Assembly (NCBI GenBank): GCA_013265495.1
Contig: MU057744.1
Coordinates: 1,254,356-1,318,355 of the forward strand
Length of the DNA stretch: 64,000 nucleotides
Reading direction: 5' to 3'
From: Vicugna vicugna
Taxonomy: Eukaryota
Shown here: piece by piece, positions 15,402-29,407 of the stretch
Numbering within the stretch: the stretch's first letter is position 1
Layout of the letters: the number at the start of each line of letters is the position of its first letter
Notes under the pieces: model-generated
Databases searched by the model: none
What the model saw: only the letters and a program-made list of their open reading frames with translations
Told to the model about the DNA's origin: nothing
Made by a program: the position numbers and the translations under genes

Positions 15402-18400
15402 AAAAAAAAAAAAAAAAGAAACCAAAATAATACAAAAGAAAATTATCAGACCACAGAAAGAAAAAGAAAGGAACAAAGAAGAAATACCAAATCAACTGGA
15501 AAACTAAGTTCAAAATGGCAATAAACACACATCTATCAATAATTACCATAAATGTCAATGGCCTAAATGTTCAAATTAAATGACACAGAGTGGCAGATTG
15601 GATAATATAACAAGAACCTTCAACATACCAGATACCAGAGACCCACTTTACGGTGAAGGACACACATAGACTGAAAGTGAGAGGATGGAAAAAGACGCTT
15701 CATGCAAATGGAAACGACAAGAAAGCAGGAGTAGCAATATTGATTTCAGACAAAATGGAGCCTAAAAGAAAGGCCATAAAGAAAGGCAAATAAGGACACT
15801 ATACAACAATTAAAGATGAGGATATTACACTTGTTAACATGTATGCACCCAACATAGGAACACCTAAATAAAGCAAATACTAACAGATATAAAGGGAGAA
15901 ATTAATGTGAACACAATCATAGTAGGAGAATTTAACACCCTATTAGCATCATTGGACAGGTCTTCCAGACAGAAAAATCAATAAGGCAACAGAGATACTA
16001 AATGACACAACAAAACAGTTGGACTTCCTCGATATTTTTAGGACATTACATCCCCCCAAGACAGAATATACATTATTTTCAAGTGCGCATGGAACATCCT
16101 CTAGGATAGATCATATGCTCGGGCACAAAAGAAGCCTCAACAAATTTAAGAAGATAGAAATTATTTCAAGTATCTTTTCTGACGACAGTGCCATGAAACT
16201 AGAAATCAGCCACAGAAAAACAAAGGAGAAAAAACCGACATCATGGAGCCTAAACAACATGCTACTAAAAAACCCAATGGGTCAATGATGGACTCAAATA
16301 AGAAAATAAAAAATACTTTGAGACAAACAACAATGAAAATATAACCACACAAAATCAATGGGATGCAGAAAAAGCAGTCCTAAGAGGGAAGTCCATAGAG
16401 ACACAGGCCTTCCTCAAAAAATATGAACAATCTCAGGTAAATAACCCAACCTATCACCTAAAAGAATTAGAAAAAGAAGAGCAAACAAAACTAAATTCAG
16501 CAGAAGGAAGGAAATAATAAAGATCAGAGAGGAAATAAGTAAAATAGAGATGAAAAAACAATAGAAAAAATATCAATCAAACCAATAACTGTTTTTTTTA
16601 AAGAATAAACAACATTGACAAACCTCTGGCCAGGCTCACCAAGAAGAAGAGAACACAAACAAACAAAACAAGAAAGTGAAATGGAGAAATTATAAACAAT
16701 ACCATAGAAATACAAAAAATCATAAGAGAATACTATGAACAACTATATGGAAACAAATTGGACAACCTAGAAGAAATGGACAAGTTTCTGGAAATGTGAA
16801 GTCCACAAGACTGAATCAAGAATTAGACCACTTGAACAGACCAATCACCAGAAATGAAATAGAATTAGCAATAAAAAATCTCCCTACAGACAAAAGTCCA
16901 GGACCAGATGGCTTTACTGGGGAATTCAACCAAACATACAAAGAACTCATATAGATCCTTCTCAGCCTCTTCCAAAAGACTGAAAAGGAGGGAATACTCT
17001 CAAACTTTCTCTATGAAGCCATCATCACCCTGATACCAAAGGAAAACCAGACAAAGACACTACCAAAAAAGATAATTACATGGAATAAAGACAGTCTCTT
17101 CAGCAAGTGGTGTTGGGAAAACTGGACAGCAGCATGTAAATCAGTGAAGAGAGAATACTCCCTCACACCACACACAAAAATAAACTCAAAATGGATCAAA
17201 GACTTAAACATAAGACAAGACACAATAAACCTCCTAGAAGCAAACATAGGCAAAACATTATTTCACATACATCTCAGCAATGTTCTCCTAGGGCAGTCTA
17301 CCCAGGCAATAGAAATAAAAACAAAAATTAACAAATAGGACCTAATTAAACTTTTGCACAGCAAAGGAAACCATACACAAAACAAAACGACAAACTACAG
17401 AATGAAAGAAAATATTTGCAAAAGATGAAACTGACAACGGCTTGATTTCCAAAATATATAAACAGCTCATATGACTTAATACGGAAAACAAACAAACAAC
17501 ACAATCCAAAAATGGGTAGAAGACCTATACAAGCAATTCTCCAATAAGGACATACAAATGACCAACAGGGACATGAAATATTGCTCAGTATCACTAATTA
17601 TCAGAGAAATGCAAATCAAAACTACAATGAGGTATCACCTCACAGCAGACAGAATGGCCATCATTCAAAAGTCCACAAACGATAAATGCTGGAGAGGGTG
17701 TGGAGAAAATTTTGGGAACCCTCCTACATTGCTGGGGGGAGTGTAGTTTGGTGCAGCTGCTATGGAAAATAGTATGGAGATGCCTCAAAAAACTAAAAAT
17801 AGACTTACCCAATGATCCAGCAATCCCACTCCTGGGCATATATCCAGAGGGAACTCTAATTTGAAAAGATACATGCACCCCAATGTTCACAGCAGCACTG
17901 TCTGCAATAGGTAAGACATGGAAACAGCCTAAATGTCCATCAACAGATGACTGGATAAAGATGTGGTATATTTATATGATGGAATACCACCCAGCCATAA
18001 AAAGAATAAAATAATGCCATTTGCAGCAATATGGATAGACCTGGATATTTCTAAGTGAAGTAAGCAAGAAAGAAAAAGAAACATATCATATGATATCACT
18101 TATATGTGGACTCTTTAAAAAATAGACAAATGAACTTATTTACAAAACAGAAACAGAATCACAGGCATAGGAAACAAACTTCTGGTTACCAAGAAGGGAA
18201 AGGGATGGGAATGGACAAATCGGGAGTTTGAGATTTGCAGATACACACTGCTATATACAAAATAGATAAACACCAAGTTCATGCTGTACAGCACAGGGAA
18301 CTATATTCAATGTCTTGTGGTAACCTATGGTGAAAAAGACTATGAAAATGAATACATGTATGTTCATGTATGACTGAAACATTGTGCTGTGCACCAGAAA

Positions 18401-18456
18401 TTGATACATTGTAAACTGACTATACTTCAATTAAAAACATATATACAAAAAAAAAA
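12659..18456 (+). mobile_element. near full-length lineage-specific LINE-1, inactivated, with internal deletion of the RT domain
   Basis: About 1.5-kb 5' UTR; ORF1 remnants (14504-14845, 14895-15179: ...NRPTPRLIIIK...PRILYPARLSF); ORF2 from ATG 15515 (endonuclease, then C-terminal region to about 18090); 3' UTR and poly(A) 18447-18459; TSD aaaggaactg (12649-12658) / aaaggaattg (18457-18466) after a TT|AAGA site. Confidence 0.93.
15364..15417 (+). repeat. poly(A) tract (A37-C-A16) in the L1 inter-ORF spacer
   Basis: direct reading. Confidence 0.95.
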
Positions 18457-21400
18457 AAAGGAATTGGCAAAGGTGTGTTGAAATGAAGAATTTCCCCTAA
18501 CTCCTCCTGAGTGCACTGGACTAAATAAGGAGTCTTTAAGAGGAAAATAGCAGGTACCATTCACAGTCAGTCGGCAAGCCTGAGGGCTGGGACAGCTTCA
18601 GCTTAGGAGAAATCTGGGTTCCTGTCTGACAGACTGCTCCAGAGGTGTAGACACTCACCTCAAAACGGCCACACGGAAGGAGAAACTTGTATAAGCTTTA
18701 AGCCATTGTGTTTAGAATCTCTGTTGCGACAGTTTAGTTTTACCCTAAATAATACTGTATTAAGCTTGACCACTGCTTGACCTGGCTGTACAGCTACATT
18801 TATGACATTTTAGATTGTAGTAAACATTTTCAGTCTTTTTTCTTATCAACTTGTCTTGATGTGCATTTCAATAATGAGATAATGACATTTTGTACCAAAT
18901 TCTGCACATTCACTCATTCATTTCACAACGTTGCATGCCACTTGATTCTGAACACAATTTGCAGACACTCCTTGTTTTCTCTTCTCGTGCTTTTTCCCTC
19001 TTTTCTAGGTGGTTTTACCTCTCAGCGCCCACCTGACTCCTCCCCAGGAGAGTGCACGTGAGCAGAACTGCCGTCTCAGAGTCCTGTTCTCCCTGGGGTA
19101 AGGTTCTTTGTCATCCCCTCTCCGTGCTCATCCAGTCCTCTTAAATAATAATTTGTTCTTTTTTGAGAACATTGTGAACATGTTTTTTGTTTTCCCTTTA
19201 GACAAAAGGGACTATGTGCTGTGGATCTTGAATGATGGGTGTGCTAAACGCCGCATCTTCTACTTGGACTTTCCATCACTGCATCGCTGCCTTGAGAGAA
19301 GATGTGCAGGTGGTGTCTGTGCAGAGGGCACCTGCCCAGCCTTGCCTCCCTCCTTGTCACCTAAGTTGATTGATCCCTGATCACCCAGTGTGTTTGGGAC
19401 GCTGGCTGGGCTGGCACGTCACACCACGTACACTTCAGCCTGCTACCCGGGCAGCACCCTGGCTTCCTTGACGCTTCCTCCCTCTTCCACTGCAGTGGGC
19501 TTTGGGGGGTGTGGGGCGCATGTGGCCGGCCCAGGCCCGGCTCTCCCCGCACTGAGAGGCCTACTTTAGAATTCCTCTGGGAGCTCACGTGCTGAGTGGG
19601 TCTTCACGCCTGAATCTCTGGGCGGTGGGGGGTTGTGCAGTGTGGACACCGAGTTGTTGCTAGGGGATTAAACATGTGTTGCCTCACCTGGACACCCCCA
19701 CACGGTTGTCATAACTACCTGTTCACGGCCCCACTTAGGCTGATAAGAACGGAAGGCAGTGGGCAGAGTCCTGACAGGCCTCTGGGGTTTGTGAGGCCAA
19801 GCAAACCCGACCGCAGACCTCAGGCGTGCACCCTGAGCACTGCTGGCCCTCTTCCCCACTCTGCGCTGTCTGCTGTCACTAGCAAAACTAGGAATGTTTT
19901 CACACACCCAAAGTTCTCTTGTGAGCTATGTTTTGGGAGATAGCAATTTAAAGACAGAAACGAGACTTCTGGAAATTATGGCACAGAGATGATCTCATCC
20001 CAGGCCCTTCATTTGGCAGAAACGAGGCTCAGAGATGATGAGTGACACATTATCACAGTCCCCCTGAGTTACATATACTCCTCCTCACACTACAGAAAAG
20101 TGAGACCACATGGTTAAGTGGGGGCGATCACCCAGCTAGCAGAGCTGAGGCCAGAAGTCCTGCCCTCCCAGACTGTTACCATCCTGGCACGTGTCCACAG
20201 TCAATATTATCATGAGGTTAACAGTGAAACAGATTACTCACAGCCTGGAGCTCAGAGACAAAGCAAGTCGCAGATGATGCAACCCAGGAGTCTTTCCCTA
20301 AGGTTCTGTGTCCAGCGAGATGGCTGGCGTGGAAGTTCTGTATCTCCAGGACAGACCACACGCTCTTTAAAGACGGGAATCGAGCCTTGTTTATCGCTGG
20401 GTCCCCACTGCTTATCACAATGCATGCAGACAGCAGGAGCTCCATAAATCTTTTCAAGTGAATAATGTCAACCTATAAGTTTTTTCTTGGCAAGGGCCTT
20501 GGTCAACGCTTGTACCTGCCTCATGTCAAGGCCCACCACCTGCTGAAGCTTGTCTGTCTCCTTCTGACCCAGGGCTTAGGTCCCCAGTGATCGCCCCAAG
20601 ACTGTGGCTCCCGGGAGAGGGCTGTCCCCAGGCAGCTCGTTGTTGGGACAGACAAGACGGATGCTACTGAGCTCACAGCCAGCTTCCGCAAGATTAGGGG
20701 GGTGCGTGATGAGAATGGTTGTTCGGAGGAGAGGGTAGGCAGTGAGTGGTGTGCGGATGGAGTGTCCAGGAGAGTCAGAGAAAGACCAGGAGCACCCACC
20801 TTCCACCCCCACAGAGAGATAAGGCGGTTTTAAGAAAGAACATTCCTCTATGCGTCATAACAATCATTCCAAGAGCCACGGAAGTAAAAGGAAGATGTAC
20901 TTCTGAGGAGGCCGTTACAATAGTCCAAACTGGAGGTAAGGGCCTGACTTCACCAGAGGCGGAAGAACGGAGACAGCTCAGATGAGCCTTCCGGTCCTGA
21001 TTTGCAACCACTCAGTTTAGTGTCTCTGCCTGGCTTTATCTTCTTTGCCTAAACGTGAACTGGACTGACACACACTCGTCCTGAAAGCTGGTATCCGTGA
21101 ATGCTGGACGTCCCTCTTACCGACTTTGAAAGACTCCTCTCATCACACACCTTTGAGACCCTGGAAGGCTATTTCTGCTTTCGCCCTTGAATTTGATGAT
21201 TAGAATTTTCATGCTCCACACCTGTCTGCTCGCCAGTAAACCCATCTGAAACCTGCGCCTGTTAGGTGTACAATAACCTTCATTCAGGACACCTTTTCCT
21301 CATGCACCTGGATTAGTTACACGCAAGAGAAACCGGGGCAAGCAGAAACGAGACACCCTGAGCTCTGATATTAAGCTTGAGCTGGACAATTCCTGAGTGC

Positions 21401-22529
21401 ACCTCTAATATTTTCAGTAGTGCCAACTATTATTTGCTAGGGAACAAGTAGCAGGGGACCACTGTTTACAGGTAACAGGCGGAGCGAAGGCTAGACTCTC
21501 TCCCCTCCAGCTGGACTCTTGCTACTAAGTGAGAGCATGGCCCACTGGATTCTCAGTCTCCCGTGTCTGTCTCTGAATCATTTTGCACACACATGATAGG
21601 ATGGTTGGTTGGTTAATAAGAACTCATGGCCACCCTCTCTTGAAGGGTACTTAGGGACCCAGAGGGAAAACTGGAGCATGCAGAAGACTCCTGATACTAC
21701 AGAAAGGTAGAATTATTAAGTTACTCATTACCTGTAGGCTTAATCCAAAATACGTCACAGGTTTACATCTAGCATTTATCAGCTAATTCCCAGCACATCA
21801 AGCTACCCAAGATATATCTTACTTTTATTCAAACATACACTTAATTTTGCTGTTTTATATTTATAGTTCTATCATATCTAAGAGTATTTGAGATAGTTTT
21901 TCTATGTGGATGGCAAGATGGTATTAAGGCCCTCAATGCAAAGTTCTTATGATGTTGAGGATGGCAGACTTGCCCTGCCAGCACTGGACTGCTCACCTCT
22001 GGACTGTTATGTGTGAGAGGAAGTAATTTCTGACTTTCCCAGGCCACAGTGGTTTGCTATCTCTCTGCTGCAACAGCCTAGCCTACACCTGAACTAATAC
22101 AGTCACACAGTAAGAAGTAGGGCTCTGATCTGAACTCACATGAGCCTGTTTCCTACATACAAGGTCTTTTGATGCCATGGTGTCTCCCACGAACATATTT
22201 TAAAAGAACAAACAAAACAGAGCTTGTGAAAGAACATGGCAGTAAAAGAGAAAAAGAATATAACCCTGATGATTTGGAGGAAGATCACTAGTCTGAAAAT
22301 TATGTATCCTGCTTCTAGTCCATGGCCTGATTTTATTTTGACATTTTAATATCTCCATAATCTGAATGCATCTTATAATTGGTGATCGATCTTACAACCG
22401 CTGTGAGCCAGCTTCCAGTTATGACAGAGCTATGTGAAATATTCTCTTGAAAGCTTTCAGTAAGATTTTTTTAAATTAGCACATATCAAAATGTCTTAAA
22501 TTCAATGACTACAATAACATAGGAACCAC

Positions 22530-23117
22530 AAATATTAATTCTAGGCTACATACAGTCTTGAAAGAGGAGCATAAAGTGATGTGGAGAAATCAGAACAAGC
22601 TGAAAAAAATTAATGACAATTTTTAAAAAAGAAAGGAGGATAGGTGAGAAAAGGAGAGGAAACTAACACAGTAACAGTAGAATTAAAATCTGCATCAGAA
22701 ATGGGTTTTTAAAAGGTAGAAATTATTTTGCGAAATCCTAAGTGGAGAATGGAGATCTAATTTAATTTTTTTTAAAAAACCCTAAAAACTATAATTATTC
22801 TAGAAGAACTAACAGTTGGAACAGAAGTTGTAATTGAAGATGTCATTAACTAAGATTTTCTTGAATTGAAGAAAAAATTTAAGTATGCAAGGCAAAAGGG
22901 CACACAGTATAGCAGGCAAAATCAATTAAAAAGAAAAACCAGTCCCTAAACATATTCTGCCTTTTAAAAAAAAGAATTATAAATACAAACAAGAAAGTAA
23001 CCTACAAGTATCCACTCAGAAAAGGAGAAAAAGAGAAAGAAAGAAGATAATCAATAAAACAATAAAAATCACCTGGGCTCAGACTTCTCCTCTCTAACAT
23101 GAAATGCAAGAAGGCAA
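22530..23117 (+). mobile_element. ancient L1/HAL1-like ORF1 relic, left part (continues at about 29217-29380)
   Basis: A-rich; ...cagacttctcctctctaacatgaaatgcaagaaggcaa resumes after the L1MB as ggacaatgcagtaat...gaaagacatttt, following the usual L1 ORF1 3' sequence order. Confidence 0.5.
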
Positions 23118-25153
23118 CACAGAAAAGACGGTGAAAGTCCAGATAGCTGTCACTCCAACAAAAGAACAACAGAATAGTCAGCAGCTGTTGGAAGCAACTA
23201 TCTTGTAAATCTGGGTCTAGCAGAACACCAGCAGCACTGGGAGGGAGAGTTTTTTGAAGCTGCCAGTAAATTTCATCCATCTCGGCAGCTGCAGCCACCA
23301 CCTCCCACCCCTCAACCCTGTGGCAGGCAGCTGTGGACAGAGAAGCATTCCTGGTGCAGGTGCTAGAGCCAGGGTGGGTAATAAGGACCTTATCCTCCAA
23401 TAATGGGGTTATGTGTTTTGAAGGCTGATTGCTACTTTTGATCACTGAGGAGCCAACACAGAAGATAACCAGGGTTTCAACTCACCTGGGCTGACATGGC
23501 TTCCAATCAAGGATGGGATTTACAGAGACAGGATCTATTTTTCCCCTGTGGGGGCCAGGCATTTACGGAAATTTTTGTTAAGGTCAAAAGCTGACTACAG
23601 AGACAATGGAAGAGAAACTTCAGTGATCTTACTTAACAAGAAGTACAAACTCTGCAAAATTAGTTTGGAAAACTTACATGGCTCTAGCCCTCAAAAAGCA
23701 AACATGAGCAATCCCTGAGAGAATTCAATTTCCAGAATTACCAGAACATTATACTCAAAACATCCAGTTCTCAAGGAAAAAACTTACAAAACATACTAGG
23801 AAATAGGAAAGTATGATACATTCATCAGAAATAAAGAATTTGATATAAATCGTCCCTGAGTAATTCCAGATATTCGATTACTAATCAAAAATACTTAATC
23901 AACTGTCTTCAAGATAAAGGAGACCGTGAACAAAGAACTAAAGGAAATCAGGAAACTAGTGTGTGAATAGAAGGCAAAAGCATCAACAAAGATACAGAAA
24001 TGATCGAAAGGAACCAAACAGTAATTCTGATGTTGAAAAGCATAACTAAAATGAAAACCTCAGTAGAGGGATTTAACAGAAGATTTGAGCCAACAGAGGA
24101 GTGCATTAGCAAACTCGAAGATAAGACATTTGAAACTAACCAACAAGGAGTAGCAAGAAAAAAGTATGAAGGAAAATGAAGAAATCCTAAGAGACCTGTG
24201 GGGTGCCATCAAATAAGAATTCCAGATGGAGAAGAGACAGAGAAAGGGGTGCAAGCAACTATTTGAAGAAATACTGGTAAAAAACTTCCCCAATCTAATG
24301 AAATACATGAATATACATATCCAAGAAGGTCAATGAACTTAGAGCAGGACAAACTCAGAGTCCCACACTGAGACACATTAACAGTCAAATTCTTGAAGCC
24401 CAAAGACAAACATAGAATTTTGTAAGAGGCAAGACAGAAATGAAGAGTCATCAACAAGGGATTCTCAATCAGACTAACAGCTAATCCATGAAGGCCAGAG
24501 GCAGTGGGATGACATATTTAAAGTCTTAAAACCTGTCAACTAGAATTCTGTATCTGGAAAAATGATCCTTTAAGAATGAAGATGAAATTAACATATTTCC
24601 AGATAAACAAAAGTCAAGGTAATTCATTACCAGTGGACTCATCCTATAAGAAATGTTCAAGGGAGTCCTTCAGGCTAAAATGAAAGAATAGTAGATAAGA
24701 AAAAATGAAAGAATACTAGTAAAGTTTCATAGAGAAATATACAAGCTTGTACTATTATACTTCTGGTTTGTCTGTAACTTCTCTCTTTTTCCTATATGGT
24801 TTAAATGGTAAGTGCATAAAACAGTAAGTATAAATCTGTATTAATGGGTACACAATGTAAGCAGATGTAATCTGTGAAAATAACAATTAAGTAGAATGGA
24901 CAAAAATGCACAGGAGCAGATTATACTATTGGTACTATTCAAATTAGATTGTTATAAGTTTAAGATTTTAATCACCAAAATAACCACTAAGAAAATAGCC
25001 CAAAAATATACATAGAAAGAAAGAAGATAATACAAATGACGTACTACAGAAAGCAACTAAATATTTAAAAAGTCAGTAATGAAGGAACTGAGGAACAAAA
25101 AACATGAGAACGCAGAAAACAAGTAGGTAAATGGTAAAAATAAACCCTTTCTT

Positions 25154-25490
25154 CAGCTTTATTTAGGTATAATTGACATACAACACCATAGAAGTTTGTG
25201 TGCAGCATATACATATATTGCAAAATGATTACCACAATAAGTTTAGTTAATATCCATCACCTCATAGAGTTGCAAAAAATTGTTCTTTTCCCTCATGACG
25301 GGAACTTACAGAATTTAGTCTCTTAGCAACTTTCAAATACACACAGCAATGTTACCTATGGTCATCATGTTGTACATTACATCCCCAGTACTTATTTATC
25401 TTATAATCGGAAGTTTGTAACTTTTGACCACTTTCATCCAATTCCCCAACCCCTACCGCTGGTAATGACAAACCTGATCCTTTTTTCCAC
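25154..25490 (-). mobile_element. L1MA9-like 3' fragment inserted antisense in the L1MB ORF2 start
   Basis: ctttatttaggtataattgacatac...tctcttagcaactttcaaatac; degenerate TSD taaacccttt / taaatccttc at 25141 and 25492. Confidence 0.8.
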
Positions 25491-26932
25491 GTAAATCCTT
25501 CTTTATCAGTGATCACTTTAAATGTAAATGGACTCAACTCTCCTATGGAAGAACAGAGATCATCAGACAGGATTTAAAAAAAAAGGATCCTATGTGCTTT
25601 CTAGAAGAGACTCATTTTTCTCATTTTTGACATAAGGACACAAAGAAGTTGCGAGCAAAAAGATGGAAAAGAATATTTTATGCAAATAGTAACTGAAAGA
25701 GAGATAGGTGGATATATTATTGTCAGAAAAAATAGATTTTAAATCAAAAAATGTTATAAAAGACAAAGAAGGACACTATAAACTGATAAAAGGTCAATAT
25801 AATAAGAAGATATAACAAATGTGAACAAATAAAACCTAATAAAGGAGCCCCCAAATATATGAAGCAACAATGGACAAATTTAAAAGATAAACATTTCTAT
25901 ACCAACAGTTGGAGGCCTCAATATTTCACTTTCAATAACTGACAGAACAACCAGACAGAAGGTATGGAAATGGAGGACTTGAACAACTTAATAAGCCAAC
26001 TGGACCTAATGGACACTCTGCCCAACAAAACAGAATACACCTTCTCTCAAGGGCACAGGGAACATTCTCAAATTAATAACCTAACTGTATACTTTAAGGA
26101 ATGAGAAAAATAACAGTAAACTAACCAAAAAGCTAGCAGATGCAAGGAAATAGAAAGGTTAGAGTGGAAATAAATAAAATAGAGACTAGAAAACCAACAG
26201 AAGAAATCAATGAAACCAAAAGTTAGTTCTCTGGAAAAAAAAAATCAACAAAATTGACAGACCTAAGCTGTATTAAGAAGAAAAAGACTCAAATTACCAA
26301 AATCAGAAGCAAAAGTGGGGATATTACTACTAATTTCAAAGAAAGTAAAAGGTTTAAAAGAGAATACTATGAATAGTTGTACACCAACAAATTAGATAAT
26401 CTAGATAAAATGGACAAATTCGTGGAAACAGACAATCAAAGCTGACTCAAGAATAAATAGAAATCTGAATAGTCCTATTGCTACTGAGTAGAACGCATCA
26501 GTAATCAACAGTCTCCTAACAAGGAAAAGCCCAGGACCAAATGGCTTCACTGGTGGATTCTACCAAACATTTGAAGAATGAACACCAGGAGGAAAGACTT
26601 CTTAATTCATTCTATGAGGAGAATATTACTTGGATACTGAAACCAGATAAAGACACTGAAAGAAAACTACAGACTAATATCCCTTACAAATATAGATACA
26701 AATATTGACAAAATACTATCAATCTGAGTTAGGCAGTATATTAACAGGATTTTAGATCATAACTAAGTGGAATTTGTTCCTGAAATGCAAGGTTCAACAT
26801 ACAAAAATTAAAGTAATATACTACATTAACGAAATGATAACCTGAATTGATGTAGAAAAAAAGAATATAATAATATGCAACATCTTAGCATGATAAACAC
26901 ATTCAGTAAACTAGGAATAGAAGGAAAGTTCC

Positions 26933-26998
26933 CCCCACTGGAAACTGACATAACACTGTAAACTGACTATAACTCAATAAAATAAAATTAAAAAAAAA
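26933..26998 (+). mobile_element. extremely 5'-truncated young L1 (about 65 bp of 3' end plus poly A)
   Basis: gaaactgacataacactgtaaactgactataactcaat resembles the 3' end of the L1 at 18397-18432; TSD aatagaaggaaagttcc / aatggaaggaaacttcc. Confidence 0.8.
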
Positions 26999-29407
26999 AA
27001 TGGAAGGAAACTTCCTCAATATGATAAAGGCCATTCAGAATGGAAACCTCATAGCTAATATCATACTCAATAGTGAGAGACTGAAAGATCTTTCTCTAAG
27101 ATCAAGAACAAGACAAGGATGCCTGCGTTCACCACTTCTATAAAACATAGAATTGGAAGTTCTAGTCAGAGCAAGCAGGAAAGAAAAAGAAATCAAAGAC
27201 ATCCAAATTGGGAAGAAAGTAAAATTGTCTCTGTTCTACACATGATGTGACCTCATATGCAGAAATTTCTAACATCCACAAAACAATTGCTAGAGCCAAA
27301 AAATGAATTCAGCAAGGTTACAGATACAGCATGAACCCCTCAAAGTCAGTTGTATTTCTATACACTTGCAACTAACAATCTGAAAAGGAACTTATGAAAT
27401 AATTCCATTTCTAATAGCACTAAAAGAACACAAAGCTTAGGAATAGATTTAACCAAGGAGATGAAAGACTTGCACAAGGAAAATTGCAAAACATTGCTGA
27501 AAGAAATTAGAGAAGACCTAAACAAACGGAAAGACATCTCATGTTCATGAACTGGAATACTGTGAGATGTCAATACTGCCCGTGACAATCTACAGATCCA
27601 CTGCAATCTGTATCAAAATTCTAATGGCATTTTTTATAAAAACAGAAAAATTCACCCTAAAATTCATATGAACTCTCAAAGAACCCCAAATAGCCAAATC
27701 TATCTTAGAAAAAAAAAAGCACAAACTTGAAGGACACACTGAATGGAATGATTTCAAAACTTACTACAAGGCCAAAAAGTGTGGTACTGGCACAAGGACA
27801 TATAGGACAATGGAACAGAGAACTGAGGAATAAACCCTCACATATATGGTCAGTTGATTTTTGACTAAGGTGTCAAGATCATTCAATGGGGAAAGAACAA
27901 TCCTTTCAACAAACATGCTGGGAAAATTTGGATTCCACATGCAAAAGAATAAATTTGGACTCTTATGTTGCACCCTATACAAAAATGAAGAACTCAAAAT
28001 GGATCAAAGACCTAAACTTATTAGTTAAAACCTTAGAAGAAAACACAAAGGAAAATGTCCATGACACTTGATGTAGCAATGATTTCTTGGATATGACACC
28101 AAAAGCACAGCTATTTAATAAAAAAAAATAGATAAACTGGATTCTGACAAAACTGAAAACTTTTTTGTTTTAAAGGACACTATCAAGAGAGAGAAGAAAC
28201 CCACAGAATGGGAGAAAATATTCACAAATCATGTATACAAACAGGGGTTAATATCCAGAGTAAATAACTCCCACAATACAACAACAAAAATAAACAATCC
28301 AACTCAAAAACAGGCAAAGGATTTAAGTAGACATTTCTCCAAAGATTTACAAATGTCCAATAAGCACGTGAAAAATTGTTCAACATCATTAATCATTAGG
28401 GAAATGCCAATCAAATCCACAATGAGATACCTTTTTACTCCTATTAGGGTGAAATAACAAATGTTGGCAAGGATGCAGAGAAACTGGAACACTTGTACAC
28501 TTCTGACAGAAGTGTAAAACGCTGCAGCCACTATGGAAAACAGTTTGACACTCAAAAAGCCACACATAGCGCTACCATGTGAGCCTGCAATTCCAACTGC
28601 TAAGTATATACCCAAAGGAACAAAAGCAGTGACTTGAGATACCTGTACATCAATTGCTCATTGTAACATTATTTACAATAGGTAAAAGGTGCTAACAACC
28701 CAAGTATCCATGAACAAATGAATGGATCAGCAGTATGTGGTATATTCACACAATGGACTCTTATTCAGCCTTAAAAAGGAATGAAGCTCTGATACATGCT
28801 ACAACATGCATGAACCTTGAAAACATTATGCTAAGTGAAATAACTCAGGTATGCAAGGACAAATATATAATTCTGCTGCTATGAGGTACCTAGAATAGTC
28901 AAGTTCACAGAGACAGAAAGTAGATTACAGGTCACCAGGGGCTGGTGTCAGGAAAAATGGGGCGTTATCACTTAATTGTTCCAAAGTTTATGTTTGGGGT
29001 GGAAGAAAAGTTTTGGAAATGGATAGCGGTGATGGTTGCATGATATTAATGCCACTAAACTGTACACTTAACAATGGCTAAAATGGCAAATTTATGCTAC
29101 ATATTTAACACTTGAAAAAATTAGTAATGTAATCGCAAAATCCATTGAATAGCATGCCTTAGATAAGTGAACTGAGTGGTATGTGAATTATCTCTCAATA
29201 AAGCTGTTTAAAAAAAGGACAATGCAGTAATCAGCTTTTGAGGGGAAAAGGCTGTGATTCAAGAGTTTCATAAGCAGCCAGTTGTTCACGTATATGGGCA
29301 GTAGAAAGACATTTTACATTTGGTGGAGCTTAGACCATCTACTATCTATGTGCCTTTCTTCAAAAAATTACTTGCAACCAAGGAATCCCCTTTTCCTTCC
29401 ACCCATG

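Larger units (their letters stand above)
23118..29216 (+). mobile_element. old, long L1MB-type LINE-1 (5' UTR, ORF1, ORF2 incl. RT remnants, 3' end)
   Basis: ORF1 remnants at about 23800-24700; ORF2 start (atcactttaaatgtaaatggactcaac) at about 25130/25500; RT remnants (agatcaagaacaagacaaggatgcc); 3' end atgtgaattatctctcaataaagctgttt plus A tail. Confidence 0.88.
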
